Program-made: the position numbers and the translations under genes | The notes under the pieces: model-generated | Database searches by the model: none | Told to the model about the DNA's origin: nothing | The model's input: only the letters and a program-made list of their open reading frames with translations | Part shown: one piece after another, positions 29,399-37,883 of the stretch | Layout of the letters: the number at the start of each line of letters is the position of its first letter | How positions within the stretch are numbered: position 1 is the stretch's first letter | Origin: Opitutales bacterium | Lineage (GTDB): Bacteria > Verrucomicrobiota > Verrucomicrobiia > Opitutales > UBA2987 | Assembly (NCBI GenBank): GCA_965226205.1 | Contig: CBDDCJ010000028.1 | Span: 491,384 to 555,383 of the forward strand | Length of the DNA stretch: 64,000 nucleotides | Reading direction: 5' to 3'

Positions 29399-29473
29399 TG
29401 AATATTGCCCCTTCAGGGCATTTAGGGGGCAGAATTTGAGAGATTGGAGACAGAATTGGGACTGGGAGGGGGA

Positions 29474-29561
29474 TTTTTTCGGTTTTTTGGGTAAATTTGG
29501 GGTTTTTGGCTGTTTTTGGTGGGACATTTTGGCGCATTTTTGGTTTTTTTTGGTTTTTTTT
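29474..29561. repeat. Phased T-tracts (nine tracts of T3-T8 spaced about 10 bp apart)
   Basis: Tracts start at 29474, 29483, 29496 (T3, in an A3T3 block from 29493), 29503, 29513, 29527, 29537, 29544 and 29554, separated by short G-rich spacers. Confidence 0.8.
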
Positions 29562-29681
29562 GAAGTTTAATCAAACGCATCAAACCTAGCCAATCTAGCT
29601 ATTGCTTTTTTTGGCGATTTGTGGTATTGTGTCGGCTTACAACTTGCAATGGACTTACGATTTAACCCTGATATTTTATTA

Positions 29682-29713
29682 AACCGCAGATTACGCAGAT
29701 GAACGCAGGTAGT
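29682..29713 (+). repeat. Dispersed 'CGCAGAT' repeat, copy 3
   Basis: The sequence is aaccgcagattacgcagatgaacgcaggtag. Confidence 0.7.
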
Positions 29714-29837
29714 TGTTTGAATAGAGATCAATATATTTTTTTTAACCACGGATTAGTTGGATAGGCACGGATAATTCATTGATTGTTGGCTATGGCCTTT
29801 GCTTTAACTTGAAAATTTTATTACGATGTTTTATGAA

Positions 29838-29869
29838 AAATCACAGATTGCTCAGGTGTGCGCAGGCGG
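29838..29869 (+). repeat. Dispersed 'CGCAGAT' repeat, copy 4 (degenerate)
   Basis: The sequence is aaatcacagattgctcaggtgtgcgcaggcgg. It has the same spacing of CAGAT/CAGG/GCAGG blocks. Confidence 0.5.
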
Positions 29870-29980
29870 GATGCCCGCCGCCGGCCGGGGGGGGACGAGA
29901 TTACCACTTGACCCAACTCATTTAAATTCGTTTCCTATTCTCTTGCAGGCTGCGATACATTATTGGAAGGATTGAACACT

Positions 29981-30937
29981 ATGGACGTTTTATTAGCACA
30001 ACCGAGGGGTTTTTGCGCCGGGGTGGTTCGGGCAGTTGATATTGTCGAAACCGCCCTGGATATTTATGGCCCGCCCGTTTACGTGTTGCATGAGATCGTG
30101 CACAACCAGTGGGTGTTGAAGGATTTGCAATCCAAGGGGGCGATTTTTATGGAGGAGTTGGAGGAAGTTCCCAATGGGGCCAATATCATTTTTAGCGCCC
30201 ATGGAGTGGCCCAAAGCAGGGTGGATAGCGCGAAAGAGAGGAATTTGCACATTATCGACGCCACCTGCCCTCTGGTCACAAAAGTGCATTTGCAGGTGGC
30301 CCGGCACGCCCGGGCCGCGCGCGAGGTAATCCTTATCGGCCATGCCGGGCATGTCGAGGTCAATGGCACTTTGGGGCAGTACAACAAGGATTACGGCGGT
30401 GAAATCTATCTGGTGCAAAATGTGGAAGATGTGGCCAAGCTGGCGGTGAAAAACCCCGATGAATTGGCCTTCGTGACCCAGACAACGCTCTCGGTGGACG
30501 ACACCATGCAGACTATCGACGCACTAAAGACGCGCTTTCCGAAGATTGTCGGTCCGCGCAAAAACGATATTTGCTATGCCACCCAAAACCGTCAAAACGC
30601 GGTTCGGCGATTCACCGGAAAGGTGGATTTGCTATTGGTGGTGGGTGCGCGCAACAGCTCGAACTCGAATCGGCTGAGAGAACTCGGCGAACACCAGGGA
30701 CTGGAAGCTCACCTGATGCAGGATGCGGATGACCTCAACCCCGCCTGGTTCCGGCCAAACATTCGGGTGGGGCTGACGGCGGGGGCCTCCGCCCCGGAAG
30801 TGCTGGTTGAGGAAGTGCTTAAAAAGTTGCAGGAATTCGGCATTAAAAGCGTGGAAGAAATGGGCGCCGAACCGGAATCGGTGTCTTTCCCACTGCCCAA
30901 GGAGTTGACGGCCAGAGTGGCCCAAGCCACCGAATAA
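29981..30937 (+). CDS. ispH: 4-hydroxy-3-methylbut-2-enyl diphosphate reductase
   Basis: MDVLLAQPRGFCAGVVRAV, HEIVHN, SAHGV, DATCPLVTKVH and TQTTLS are the three Cys ligands and family motifs. I prefer the ATG at 29981 over the TTG at 29963. Confidence 0.93.
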   Translation: MDVLLAQPRGFCAGVVRAVDIVETALDIYGPPVYVLHEIVHNQWVLKDLQSKGAIFMEELEEVPNGANIIFSAHGVAQSRVDSAKERNLHIIDATCPLVTKVHLQVARHARAAREVILIGHAGHVEVNGTLGQYNKDYGGEIYLVQNVEDVAKLAVKNPDELAFVTQTTLSVDDTMQTIDALKTRFPKIVGPRKNDICYATQNRQNAVRRFTGKVDLLLVVGARNSSNSNRLRELGEHQGLEAHLMQDADDLNPAWFRPNIRVGLTAGASAPEVLVEEVLKKLQEFGIKSVEEMGAEPESVSFPLPKELTARVAQATE

Positions 30938-31001
30938 CCCAAGCAGCAATATTCAAATTACCGAGTAACCAGCACAGAAAATAAGGACAAACAAATAAAT
31001 C

Positions 31002-32120
31002 ATGGGTATTCCATTACGCCAACAAGCCGCCGTCGAGAGCTATATTTTGGGTCAGAAAATGCGCGGGGTCAAACGCTACCCTCTGGTGCTCATGCTGGAG
31101 CCGCTTTTTCGCTGCAACCTGGCCTGCGCCGGGTGCGGAAAAATCGACTACCCGGATGAAATTCTCAACCAGCGCATGAGCAAGGAGGATTGCCTGTCGG
31201 CCATCGACGAATGCGGTACGCCCATCGTTTCCATCGCCGGGGGGGAACCCCTCGTGCACAAGGAAATGCCGGAGATCGTGGAGGGTTTCGTGAAAAAGAA
31301 GAAATACGTTTATCTGTGCACCAATGCCCTCCTTTTGCAGCGGAAAATGAAGGATTACAAGCCCTCGCTTTACCTCACATTTTCCATTCATCTGGATGGC
31401 AACCAGCTTCGCCACGATACCTCGGTCTGCCAGGAAGGGGTGTTCGACAAAGCGGTGGAGGCGATTCGCATGGCGGTGGACAAAGGCTTCCGGGTAAACG
31501 TCAACTGCACTCTTTTTCAAGGCGAAGAGGCCCAAGAGGTGGCGAATTTTTTCGATTACGCGACGAAACTGGGAGTGGAAGGCATCACGGTGTCTCCGGG
31601 TTTCAGCTATGATCATGCCCCTCAGCAGGAAGTATTTCTGCAAAGAAGCGCCAGTAAAAGGCTCTTCCGCAGGATTTTCGAACGTGGCAAAAACAAAAAG
31701 TGGCCCCTCAACCACTCGACCCTGTATCTCGACTTTCTGGCCGGCAACCAGACCTACCATTGCACCCCTTGGGGCAACCCGACGCGCAACCTCTTCGGCT
31801 GGCAGCGGCCCTGCTATCTGCTGGTGGACGAAGGTTATGCCTCCACCTTCAAAAGCCTCATCAATGAGACCGATTGGAGTAAATACGGGACCGGCAACAA
31901 CCCCAAGTGCGCCAATTGCATGGCCCATTGCGGTTACGAGGCCACGGCCGTCAACGACACTTTCGCCCACCCCTTGAAAGCGTTTCAAAAATTTATCCAG
32001 GGACCTAGAACGGAAGGCCCCATGGCGCCGGAATTGCCCATCGCCTACGCGCAAGAAAAATCCCCGGCCACCCCGGCGGGTCTTCCGGTGGAAACGGGCG
32101 GGGCCGCTAAATCCACATAA
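31002..32120 (+). CDS. hpnH: Adenosylhopane synthase (radical SAM)
   Basis: EPLFRCNLACAGCGK is a CxxxCxxC radical-SAM cluster motif, with a C-terminal Cys-rich region (CANCMAHCGYE). It lies in a hopanoid gene context. Confidence 0.9.
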   Translation: MGIPLRQQAAVESYILGQKMRGVKRYPLVLMLEPLFRCNLACAGCGKIDYPDEILNQRMSKEDCLSAIDECGTPIVSIAGGEPLVHKEMPEIVEGFVKKKKYVYLCTNALLLQRKMKDYKPSLYLTFSIHLDGNQLRHDTSVCQEGVFDKAVEAIRMAVDKGFRVNVNCTLFQGEEAQEVANFFDYATKLGVEGITVSPGFSYDHAPQQEVFLQRSASKRLFRRIFERGKNKKWPLNHSTLYLDFLAGNQTYHCTPWGNPTRNLFGWQRPCYLLVDEGYASTFKSLINETDWSKYGTGNNPKCANCMAHCGYEATAVNDTFAHPLKAFQKFIQGPRTEGPMAPELPIAYAQEKSPATPAGLPVETGGAAKST

Positions 32121-32136
32121 TTGGGGCAGGTCAAAG

Positions 32137-33273
32137 ATGATCGCCCAGGCTTGGGATGTTCTCCTGACAACCCTCGCCGGGTTATCGGCGCTCATCTGGC
32201 TCATCATTTTGTTTCTGCCCTGGAAACCGTGGCGAAACCGGGAGGTTTTGGAAGCGGATGCCTCCTCCCGCGCCAAAGACCTCTCGAATTTGACCGTACT
32301 CATCCCGGCCCGCAATGAAGAGGATGTCATCGCGCAAACGATTCGCTCGGTCCTGCGGCAGGGCAGCGGGTTGCGAATACTCTTGGTTGATGACGACTCG
32401 TCCGATCAAACGGCGCAGGAGGCCCGCAAGGCGGGAGCGGAATCAATAAAAATTCTCAGTGGGGCACCTCTGCCCCTCGGTTGGTCGGGCAAATTATGGG
32501 CCCTGGAGCAGGGCTGGCCCGAGATCGGCACGGAATACCTCATGCTGCTGGATGCCGATATTGAGATGGAGGAGGGAATGGTTCCGGCACTGTTTAAAAA
32601 ACTTGCGGAACAAGAACGGCCATTCGTTTCTCTAATGGCTATGCCCTCGATGGAGGGATGGTGGGAGAAACTATTTATGCCCGCCTTTGTTTATTTCTTC
32701 AAATTGCTCTATCCGTTCCATTTGGCCAATGCGCGAAGCTCCCAAATAGCGGCGGCGGCTGGCGGCTGTATCCTCATGAAAACTGAAGTCCTCAAAACCA
32801 TAGGCGGTTTCGAACCGATTAAGGACGCCCTGATCGACGATTGTGCCTTGGCCGGGCGAGTCAAAGAGGCCGGTTTCGCCACCTGGATCGGTTTATCGCG
32901 GTCGGTTCGCAGCATTCGGCCCTATGAAAACTTTGGCAAAATTTGGAACATGGTGGCGCGCACAGCTTTCACTCAATTGCGCTATTCGGCCCCTCTTTTG
33001 CTGGCCTGCACCGTGCTAATGGGGTTGGTTTACGGGGTTCCAACCTGGATTTTTATTCTGAGACCTGGATTGGCGGTGTTTTTTGCTCAGATCGCATTTG
33101 TCGTCATGGTTGTCACTTATTTGCCCATTCTCTTATTCTACAACCGATCCCCGGCATGGGCTCTGTGCCTGCCCTTGACGGCGGCTCTTTTTCTCGGCAT
33201 GACCTGGAGTTCCGCTTTTCGCTATTGGAAGGGCGAGCGCTCCCGTTGGAAAAACCGCACTTATTACAATTAG
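32137..33273 (+). CDS. hpnB: Hopene-associated family-2 glycosyltransferase (HpnB-like)
   Basis: VLIPARNEE, LVDDDSSDQT, GWSGKLWALEQG, LLDADI and AAAGGCILM...ALIDDCALA, with TM helices at both ends. This matches my recollection of the HpnB family pattern. Confidence 0.7.
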   Translation: MIAQAWDVLLTTLAGLSALIWLIILFLPWKPWRNREVLEADASSRAKDLSNLTVLIPARNEEDVIAQTIRSVLRQGSGLRILLVDDDSSDQTAQEARKAGAESIKILSGAPLPLGWSGKLWALEQGWPEIGTEYLMLLDADIEMEEGMVPALFKKLAEQERPFVSLMAMPSMEGWWEKLFMPAFVYFFKLLYPFHLANARSSQIAAAAGGCILMKTEVLKTIGGFEPIKDALIDDCALAGRVKEAGFATWIGLSRSVRSIRPYENFGKIWNMVARTAFTQLRYSAPLLLACTVLMGLVYGVPTWIFILRPGLAVFFAQIAFVVMVVTYLPILLFYNRSPAWALCLPLTAALFLGMTWSSAFRYWKGERSRWKNRTYYN

Positions 33274-33291
33274 ATTTGAAGGATATACCCC

Positions 33292-33960
33292 ATGGTTATT
33301 ATTAAAAATAGAACGACCGGCAGAAAACCGGTTTGGAATTCCATAATCCTCCTCGCAATCCTGGCCAATATACCGGCGGCATTGAGCGCGGAAGAGCCTC
33401 AGGCCATCATCGAAAGGCTGCAAAACGGCATCATCGAATCTATGAAAGGCGGCCCCAAAATGGGGTTTAGCGGTCGTTATGAAGTTCTCCAGCCTGTGGT
33501 TTTGGACACGCACCGGCTGAAATCGATAGCGCGGGTGGCCATCGGGCGTTACTGGAGAGATCTCAGCGAGGAAGAACAGCAAACCTATTTGAAACTGTTT
33601 TCCCGTTTGAGCGTTGCTGGTTATGCCTCACGATTTTGGAAATACCAGGGCGAACATTTTGAAATACTTTCCGAGGAAACCCTGAAACGCGGGCAAATCG
33701 TCATAAAGTCCGATCTTTACCTGAAAGACGGTGAGACAGTCTGCCTGAGTTATATTCTCAACGAAGTCGGCGGCGACTGGAAAATCATCAATGTTGTCGC
33801 CAAAGGGATCAGTGACCTCGCCATCAAACGGGCGGAATATACGAGCATCATGTCCAAGGACGGGTTCGATACCTTGGTGGACAGGATTTCCGGAAATATT
33901 GAGAATCTTGAGATAAAACATATCGAAGAGGAGACAGAGGCATTGAGCACGGCGCTTTAA
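33292..33960 (+). CDS. hpnM: MlaC/Ttg2D-like periplasmic lipid-binding protein (HpnM-like)
   Basis: Signal peptide, ...IARVAIGRYWRDLSEEEQQTYLKLF...GYASRF...WKIINVVAKGISDL... toluene-tolerance family pattern. It is adjacent to hpnB. Confidence 0.72.
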   Translation: MVIIKNRTTGRKPVWNSIILLAILANIPAALSAEEPQAIIERLQNGIIESMKGGPKMGFSGRYEVLQPVVLDTHRLKSIARVAIGRYWRDLSEEEQQTYLKLFSRLSVAGYASRFWKYQGEHFEILSEETLKRGQIVIKSDLYLKDGETVCLSYILNEVGGDWKIINVVAKGISDLAIKRAEYTSIMSKDGFDTLVDRISGNIENLEIKHIEEETEALSTAL

Positions 33961-33974
33961 TCCTCATTTCAGGT

Positions 33975-35298
33975 CACAGTTGTCCGGTTAACCTGAATTT
34001 AAAACTTTGTAAATCGTTAATTTTTATAAACTTGTGAGTTATTTTTAGTGTGACGCATTTGAACTTCCAACAATTTCACTATATTTTGGGGTATAAATTC
34101 TGTATCTTGTTGATCATGAATCAACAACGTATGGTTTTCTCCCAAATTTTTGACCTTTTGCATCGTGAACAGTTTCAACGATGCGTCAAACGCTATAGTG
34201 GGGACAAGCGTGTCCGTTCCTTTTCCTGCCGGGATCAATTCTTGTGCATGGCCTTCGCTCAATTGACTCGACGTGAAAGTCTCAACGATATCGTTACCTG
34301 TTTGTGTGCCCATAGTGACAAACTCTTTTCTATGGGCATTCGCAGTAATATCGCCAAGAGTACTTTGGCCGATGCCAATGAACAACGCAACTGGCGCATC
34401 TATGCGGACTTGGCATACGTGCTCATTAAAAAGGCTCGCAGGCTCTATGCCGATGAAGCGTTGGACTTTGAACTCGAAGAGACCGTTTATGCTTTAGACG
34501 CCACGACCATTGACTTGTGTTTGAGCCTCTTTCCATGGGCCCATTTTCGTACAACCAAAGCGGCGGTAAAGCTGCACACGCAGATCGATTTGCGCGGTTC
34601 GATTCCGACCTTTATCGAGATCACTCCGGGAAAAGTTCACGACGTAAACATGCTTGATGCCCTTGTTCTTGAGCCTGGAGCCTATTATGTGCTTGATCGC
34701 GGCTATGTCGATTTTGCCCGCTTGTTCCTCTTTAGCGAAGCGATGGCCTACTTTGTCATCCGCGCCAAAAGCCATTTGAATTATATACGTTTGCGTTCCC
34801 TCAAAGTAGTCCACGGCAGTGGTGTTTGCAGTGACCAAGTAATTCGCTTTAGAGGATTCTATGCCTCCAAAGATTACCCCCAGAAGCTCAGGCGTATACG
34901 CTTTTACGATGCAGATAACGGTAGGCATTTCATCTATTTGACCAATAATTTTACCCTTCCAGCCTTGATTATCTGCCAGATGTATAAAGGGCGTTGGAAA
35001 ATCGAATTGTTTTTCAAGTGGATTAAGCAGCACTTACGGATCAAAAAATTCTTTGGCACTTCGCCCAACGCAGTAAAGACGCAAGTATGGATTGCCATCA
35101 GTGCTTACGTGTTGATGGCGATCCTAAAAAAACAGTGGCAATTGGAATTGAGTCTTCACCGAATATCACAGGTATTGAGCTTGAGCGTTTTTGAAAAAGT
35201 CCCTCTCTATGAACTACTTACAAAACCGGATCACAGCAGTGCGAGCAGCGATCACTCTAACCAGTTGACCTTCAACTACTTTTAACCGGACACTACTG
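33975..35298 (+). mobile_element. IS4-family insertion sequence (1324 bp) with imperfect terminal inverted repeats and a 9-bp target-site duplication
   Basis: ATTTCAGGT is present at 33966-33974 and again at 35299-35307. The termini are CACAGTTGTCCGGTTAA and TTAACCGGACACTACTG (shared core TGTCCGGTTAA, terminal CA/TG). Confidence 0.85.
34116..35285 (+). CDS. IS4-family DDE transposase
   Basis: ...FSCRDQFLCMAFAQLTRRESLNDI...STLADANEQRNWRIYADLA...YALDATTIDL...YVLDRGYVDF...WKIELFFKWIKQHL are DDE and YREK-region motifs. I prefer the ATG at 34116 (MNQQRMVF...). Confidence 0.9.
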   Translation: MNQQRMVFSQIFDLLHREQFQRCVKRYSGDKRVRSFSCRDQFLCMAFAQLTRRESLNDIVTCLCAHSDKLFSMGIRSNIAKSTLADANEQRNWRIYADLAYVLIKKARRLYADEALDFELEETVYALDATTIDLCLSLFPWAHFRTTKAAVKLHTQIDLRGSIPTFIEITPGKVHDVNMLDALVLEPGAYYVLDRGYVDFARLFLFSEAMAYFVIRAKSHLNYIRLRSLKVVHGSGVCSDQVIRFRGFYASKDYPQKLRRIRFYDADNGRHFIYLTNNFTLPALIICQMYKGRWKIELFFKWIKQHLRIKKFFGTSPNAVKTQVWIAISAYVLMAILKKQWQLELSLHRISQVLSLSVFEKVPLYELLTKPDHSSASSDHSNQLTFNYF

Positions 35299-35354
35299 AT
35301 TTCAGGTAATCCTTTATTCTATTGAATATCGAAAGTTGCCGCCTATCCGGTTAA

Positions 35355-36179
35355 ATGAACGCAATGATTGTTAAACTCCTGAGAATCGATTTTAAATTTG
35401 AAAAACAGAAGAGTTCTCTATCCCGAATAATATCCCTTGCGCTGGGGGGGATGGTTCTAATGTTTTCCGGCTGCGTTGGTCCCCGGCAAGGCGCCACCCC
35501 GGGCGATCCATTCGAGAAGTGGAACCGGTCCTTTCACTCCTTCAATCACAAACTCGATACCGTCCTGCTCGAGCCGGTGGCCGTAACTTATGCCAAAACG
35601 GTCCCCCGTCCCATTCAGAAAGGAGTGACTAATTTTTTCAATAATTTAGGTGAACTCAATGTCATCCTCAACGATTTGCTGCAGGGAAAATTGAACGACG
35701 GCCTGGGTGATTTCGGCCGGTTCGCGGTGAACTCAACCATCGGGCTGGGAGGCATTTTAGATGTGGCCACTCCCATGGGACTGCCCCGGCATGAAGAAGA
35801 TTTCGGGCAGACTCTTGCCGTTTGGGGCTTCGGAGAAGGCGCCTACCTGGCCCTGCCTATTTTAGGGCCCAGCACCCTACGCGATGAGCCCGGCCGCCTG
35901 GTCTCCTCGGCCACCAATATTTTATTCTACATTAACAATAGAACCGTCCTCTTTCCCCTCGGCATTCTCGGCACGATCAGCAAGCGGGCGGATCTGATCG
36001 ATGCCATCAAGGAAGTGGACGATTCCGCCGTGGATCGCTATGTATTTGTCCGCGAAGCCTACCTGGGTAATCGAAATTTCCATATTTATGACGGCAATCC
36101 CCCGCTGGAGGATTTATTTGAAGAGGAATTCGATTTCGACTTCGAGGATGAGATGGAGGAGGAAGAAGAATCGGAGTAA
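35355..36179 (+). CDS. mlaA: MlaA/VacJ-family outer-membrane lipoprotein with an acidic C-terminal tail
   Basis: Lipobox LMFSGC, FEKWNRSFHSFN, NFFNNLGE and NSTIGLGGILDVAT are VacJ motifs. The tail is EDLFEEEFDFDFEDEMEEEEESE. Confidence 0.85.
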   Translation: MNAMIVKLLRIDFKFEKQKSSLSRIISLALGGMVLMFSGCVGPRQGATPGDPFEKWNRSFHSFNHKLDTVLLEPVAVTYAKTVPRPIQKGVTNFFNNLGELNVILNDLLQGKLNDGLGDFGRFAVNSTIGLGGILDVATPMGLPRHEEDFGQTLAVWGFGEGAYLALPILGPSTLRDEPGRLVSSATNILFYINNRTVLFPLGILGTISKRADLIDAIKEVDDSAVDRYVFVREAYLGNRNFHIYDGNPPLEDLFEEEFDFDFEDEMEEEEESE

Positions 36180-36272
36180 TGATCCCGCAACGGCCTTTCT
36201 GTAAAATTGAGGGAAAGGATTGCACCTATTCTACCGTATATTTTAGGCCATGGACGGGCTTTTGATTGACCT

Positions 36273-36938
36273 ATGAGGCTACCCGGTTTTTTATTATTCG
36301 GCATGAGAATCAATCATTTATTCCCCAAATTTATATTTATTTCGCTGATGGGTTCCCTGCTATGGATGGGTGTTGCCTGCTCCAAAAAAGAGGAGCCGTC
36401 AGTGGAAAGCGAAAAGGATGTGCCCCCCCCCGCCGATTTCGAGAATCCGAAGGCCGTTGCGAAAAAGAATATTCAGGCCAAAATAGAGGCTAATGATGAA
36501 ATTAAACCAAAGGAGGGGCGAAAAATGGCTATGTCCAGTATCGAAGCGGGAAAGGCTTATATAGCCGAACTGGTGAATACGGAAAATTTGCAAAAAACGG
36601 CCAGCGATCTTTACTACAAATTAGTCCGGGAAGGCGATGGTGACTACCCCAAGGCAACCGACAAGGTAAAAGTCCATTACCACGGAACCCTCATCGACGG
36701 AACCGTGTTCGACAGCTCCTACAGCCGCAATCAGCCAGCCACCTTTCCCCTCAACCGGGTCATCGCGGGCTGGACCGAGGGCCTTCAACTGGTGCGGGAA
36801 GGAGGCGAGATCATGCTCTACATTCCCTCCAAACTGGGCTACGGAAATCAACCTCGGGGGGGTGTTATAAAGGCGGGCGACACTTTGGTTTTCCGGGTGG
36901 AACTTCTCGGAATCATGGGCCGGGGGGAAGGTTCCTGA
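36273..36938 (+). CDS. FKBP-type peptidyl-prolyl cis-trans isomerase (FkpA/Mip-like lipoprotein)
   Basis: Lipobox-like WMGVAC, a helical N-domain, and the FKBP core VKVHYHGTLIDGTVFDSS...GWTEGLQLVREGG...IPSKLGYG. Confidence 0.9.
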   Translation: MRLPGFLLFGMRINHLFPKFIFISLMGSLLWMGVACSKKEEPSVESEKDVPPPADFENPKAVAKKNIQAKIEANDEIKPKEGRKMAMSSIEAGKAYIAELVNTENLQKTASDLYYKLVREGDGDYPKATDKVKVHYHGTLIDGTVFDSSYSRNQPATFPLNRVIAGWTEGLQLVREGGEIMLYIPSKLGYGNQPRGGVIKAGDTLVFRVELLGIMGRGEGS

Positions 36939-37006
36939 AATTAGAGCTTCTAAAAGGCGCTGCCTGACCTGCCAATGGCAAGTCGATCTCGCCAGCCATA
37001 AATTCA

Positions 37007-37879
37007 ATGCCTTCAGGAGCAGTTGGAATTGTCACCCGTACAAAAGACCGCCCGCTTATGCTCGGACGGGCCCTGAATAGCGTTCTCAGCCAAACCTTTG
37101 CCGATTGGGCACTGGTCGTGGTGAATGACGGTGGCGAACCCGGACCGGTAAATGAGGTCCTCGACAAATTCCGGAATGCTCTGGCCGGTCGTTGCCAACT
37201 GATTTCACTCGACGCATCCGGCGGCATGGAAGCGGTCTCCAATAAGGCCATCGCCAACCTGAAATGCAAGTACCTGATCATCCATGACGACGATGACAGT
37301 TGGGAGCCGGAATTTTTAAAAGCCACGGCGGGATTCATGGAGGCGCAGCGCCCCCCTAAGACCAAAGGCGTAATGACCCACTCCTTCCTGGTCGAGGAAC
37401 AGGTCGAAAACGGAAAAATCCGCATCCGGAAAAAATACCCGCACAACGACTGGATCCGCGACATCAACTTTTTCGAAATGCTGGCCGACAATTGTTTCCC
37501 CCCCATCTCCTTTCTCTTCGAACGGGAAGCCTATGAAAAAATAGGACCTTTCAATGAGGAATTGCCGGTTCTGGGAGATTGGGAATTCAATGTGCGGTTT
37601 TTGCGGCATTTCGATATCGGGGTGATTCCTCAAACTCTGGCCAACTACCATCACCGCCGAAATGACCGGCGATCCGCTTACGGCAACAGCGTCCACGCGC
37701 AAAGGGACCGGCTAAAGTTTTACGACAACCAATTGCGCAACCAATGGTTGCGGGAGGACTTCGATGCGGGCCGCTATGGGTTGGGCACGGCGGCCGGATT
37801 GGCCCGGTCTCAATGGAAAATTCGCAAGCTGCTAAAGAAAAGCCAGCGCAGCATCTGGAGCCGTCTTTTCGGTCTTTAA
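37007..37879 (+). CDS. Family-2 glycosyltransferase
   Basis: VGIVTRTKDRPLMLGRALNSVLSQTF...VVVNDGG...IIHDDDDSW is a GT-A fold with a DxD motif. Confidence 0.75.
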   Translation: MPSGAVGIVTRTKDRPLMLGRALNSVLSQTFADWALVVVNDGGEPGPVNEVLDKFRNALAGRCQLISLDASGGMEAVSNKAIANLKCKYLIIHDDDDSWEPEFLKATAGFMEAQRPPKTKGVMTHSFLVEEQVENGKIRIRKKYPHNDWIRDINFFEMLADNCFPPISFLFEREAYEKIGPFNEELPVLGDWEFNVRFLRHFDIGVIPQTLANYHHRRNDRRSAYGNSVHAQRDRLKFYDNQLRNQWLREDFDAGRYGLGTAAGLARSQWKIRKLLKKSQRSIWSRLFGL

Positions 37880-37883
37880 CAAG

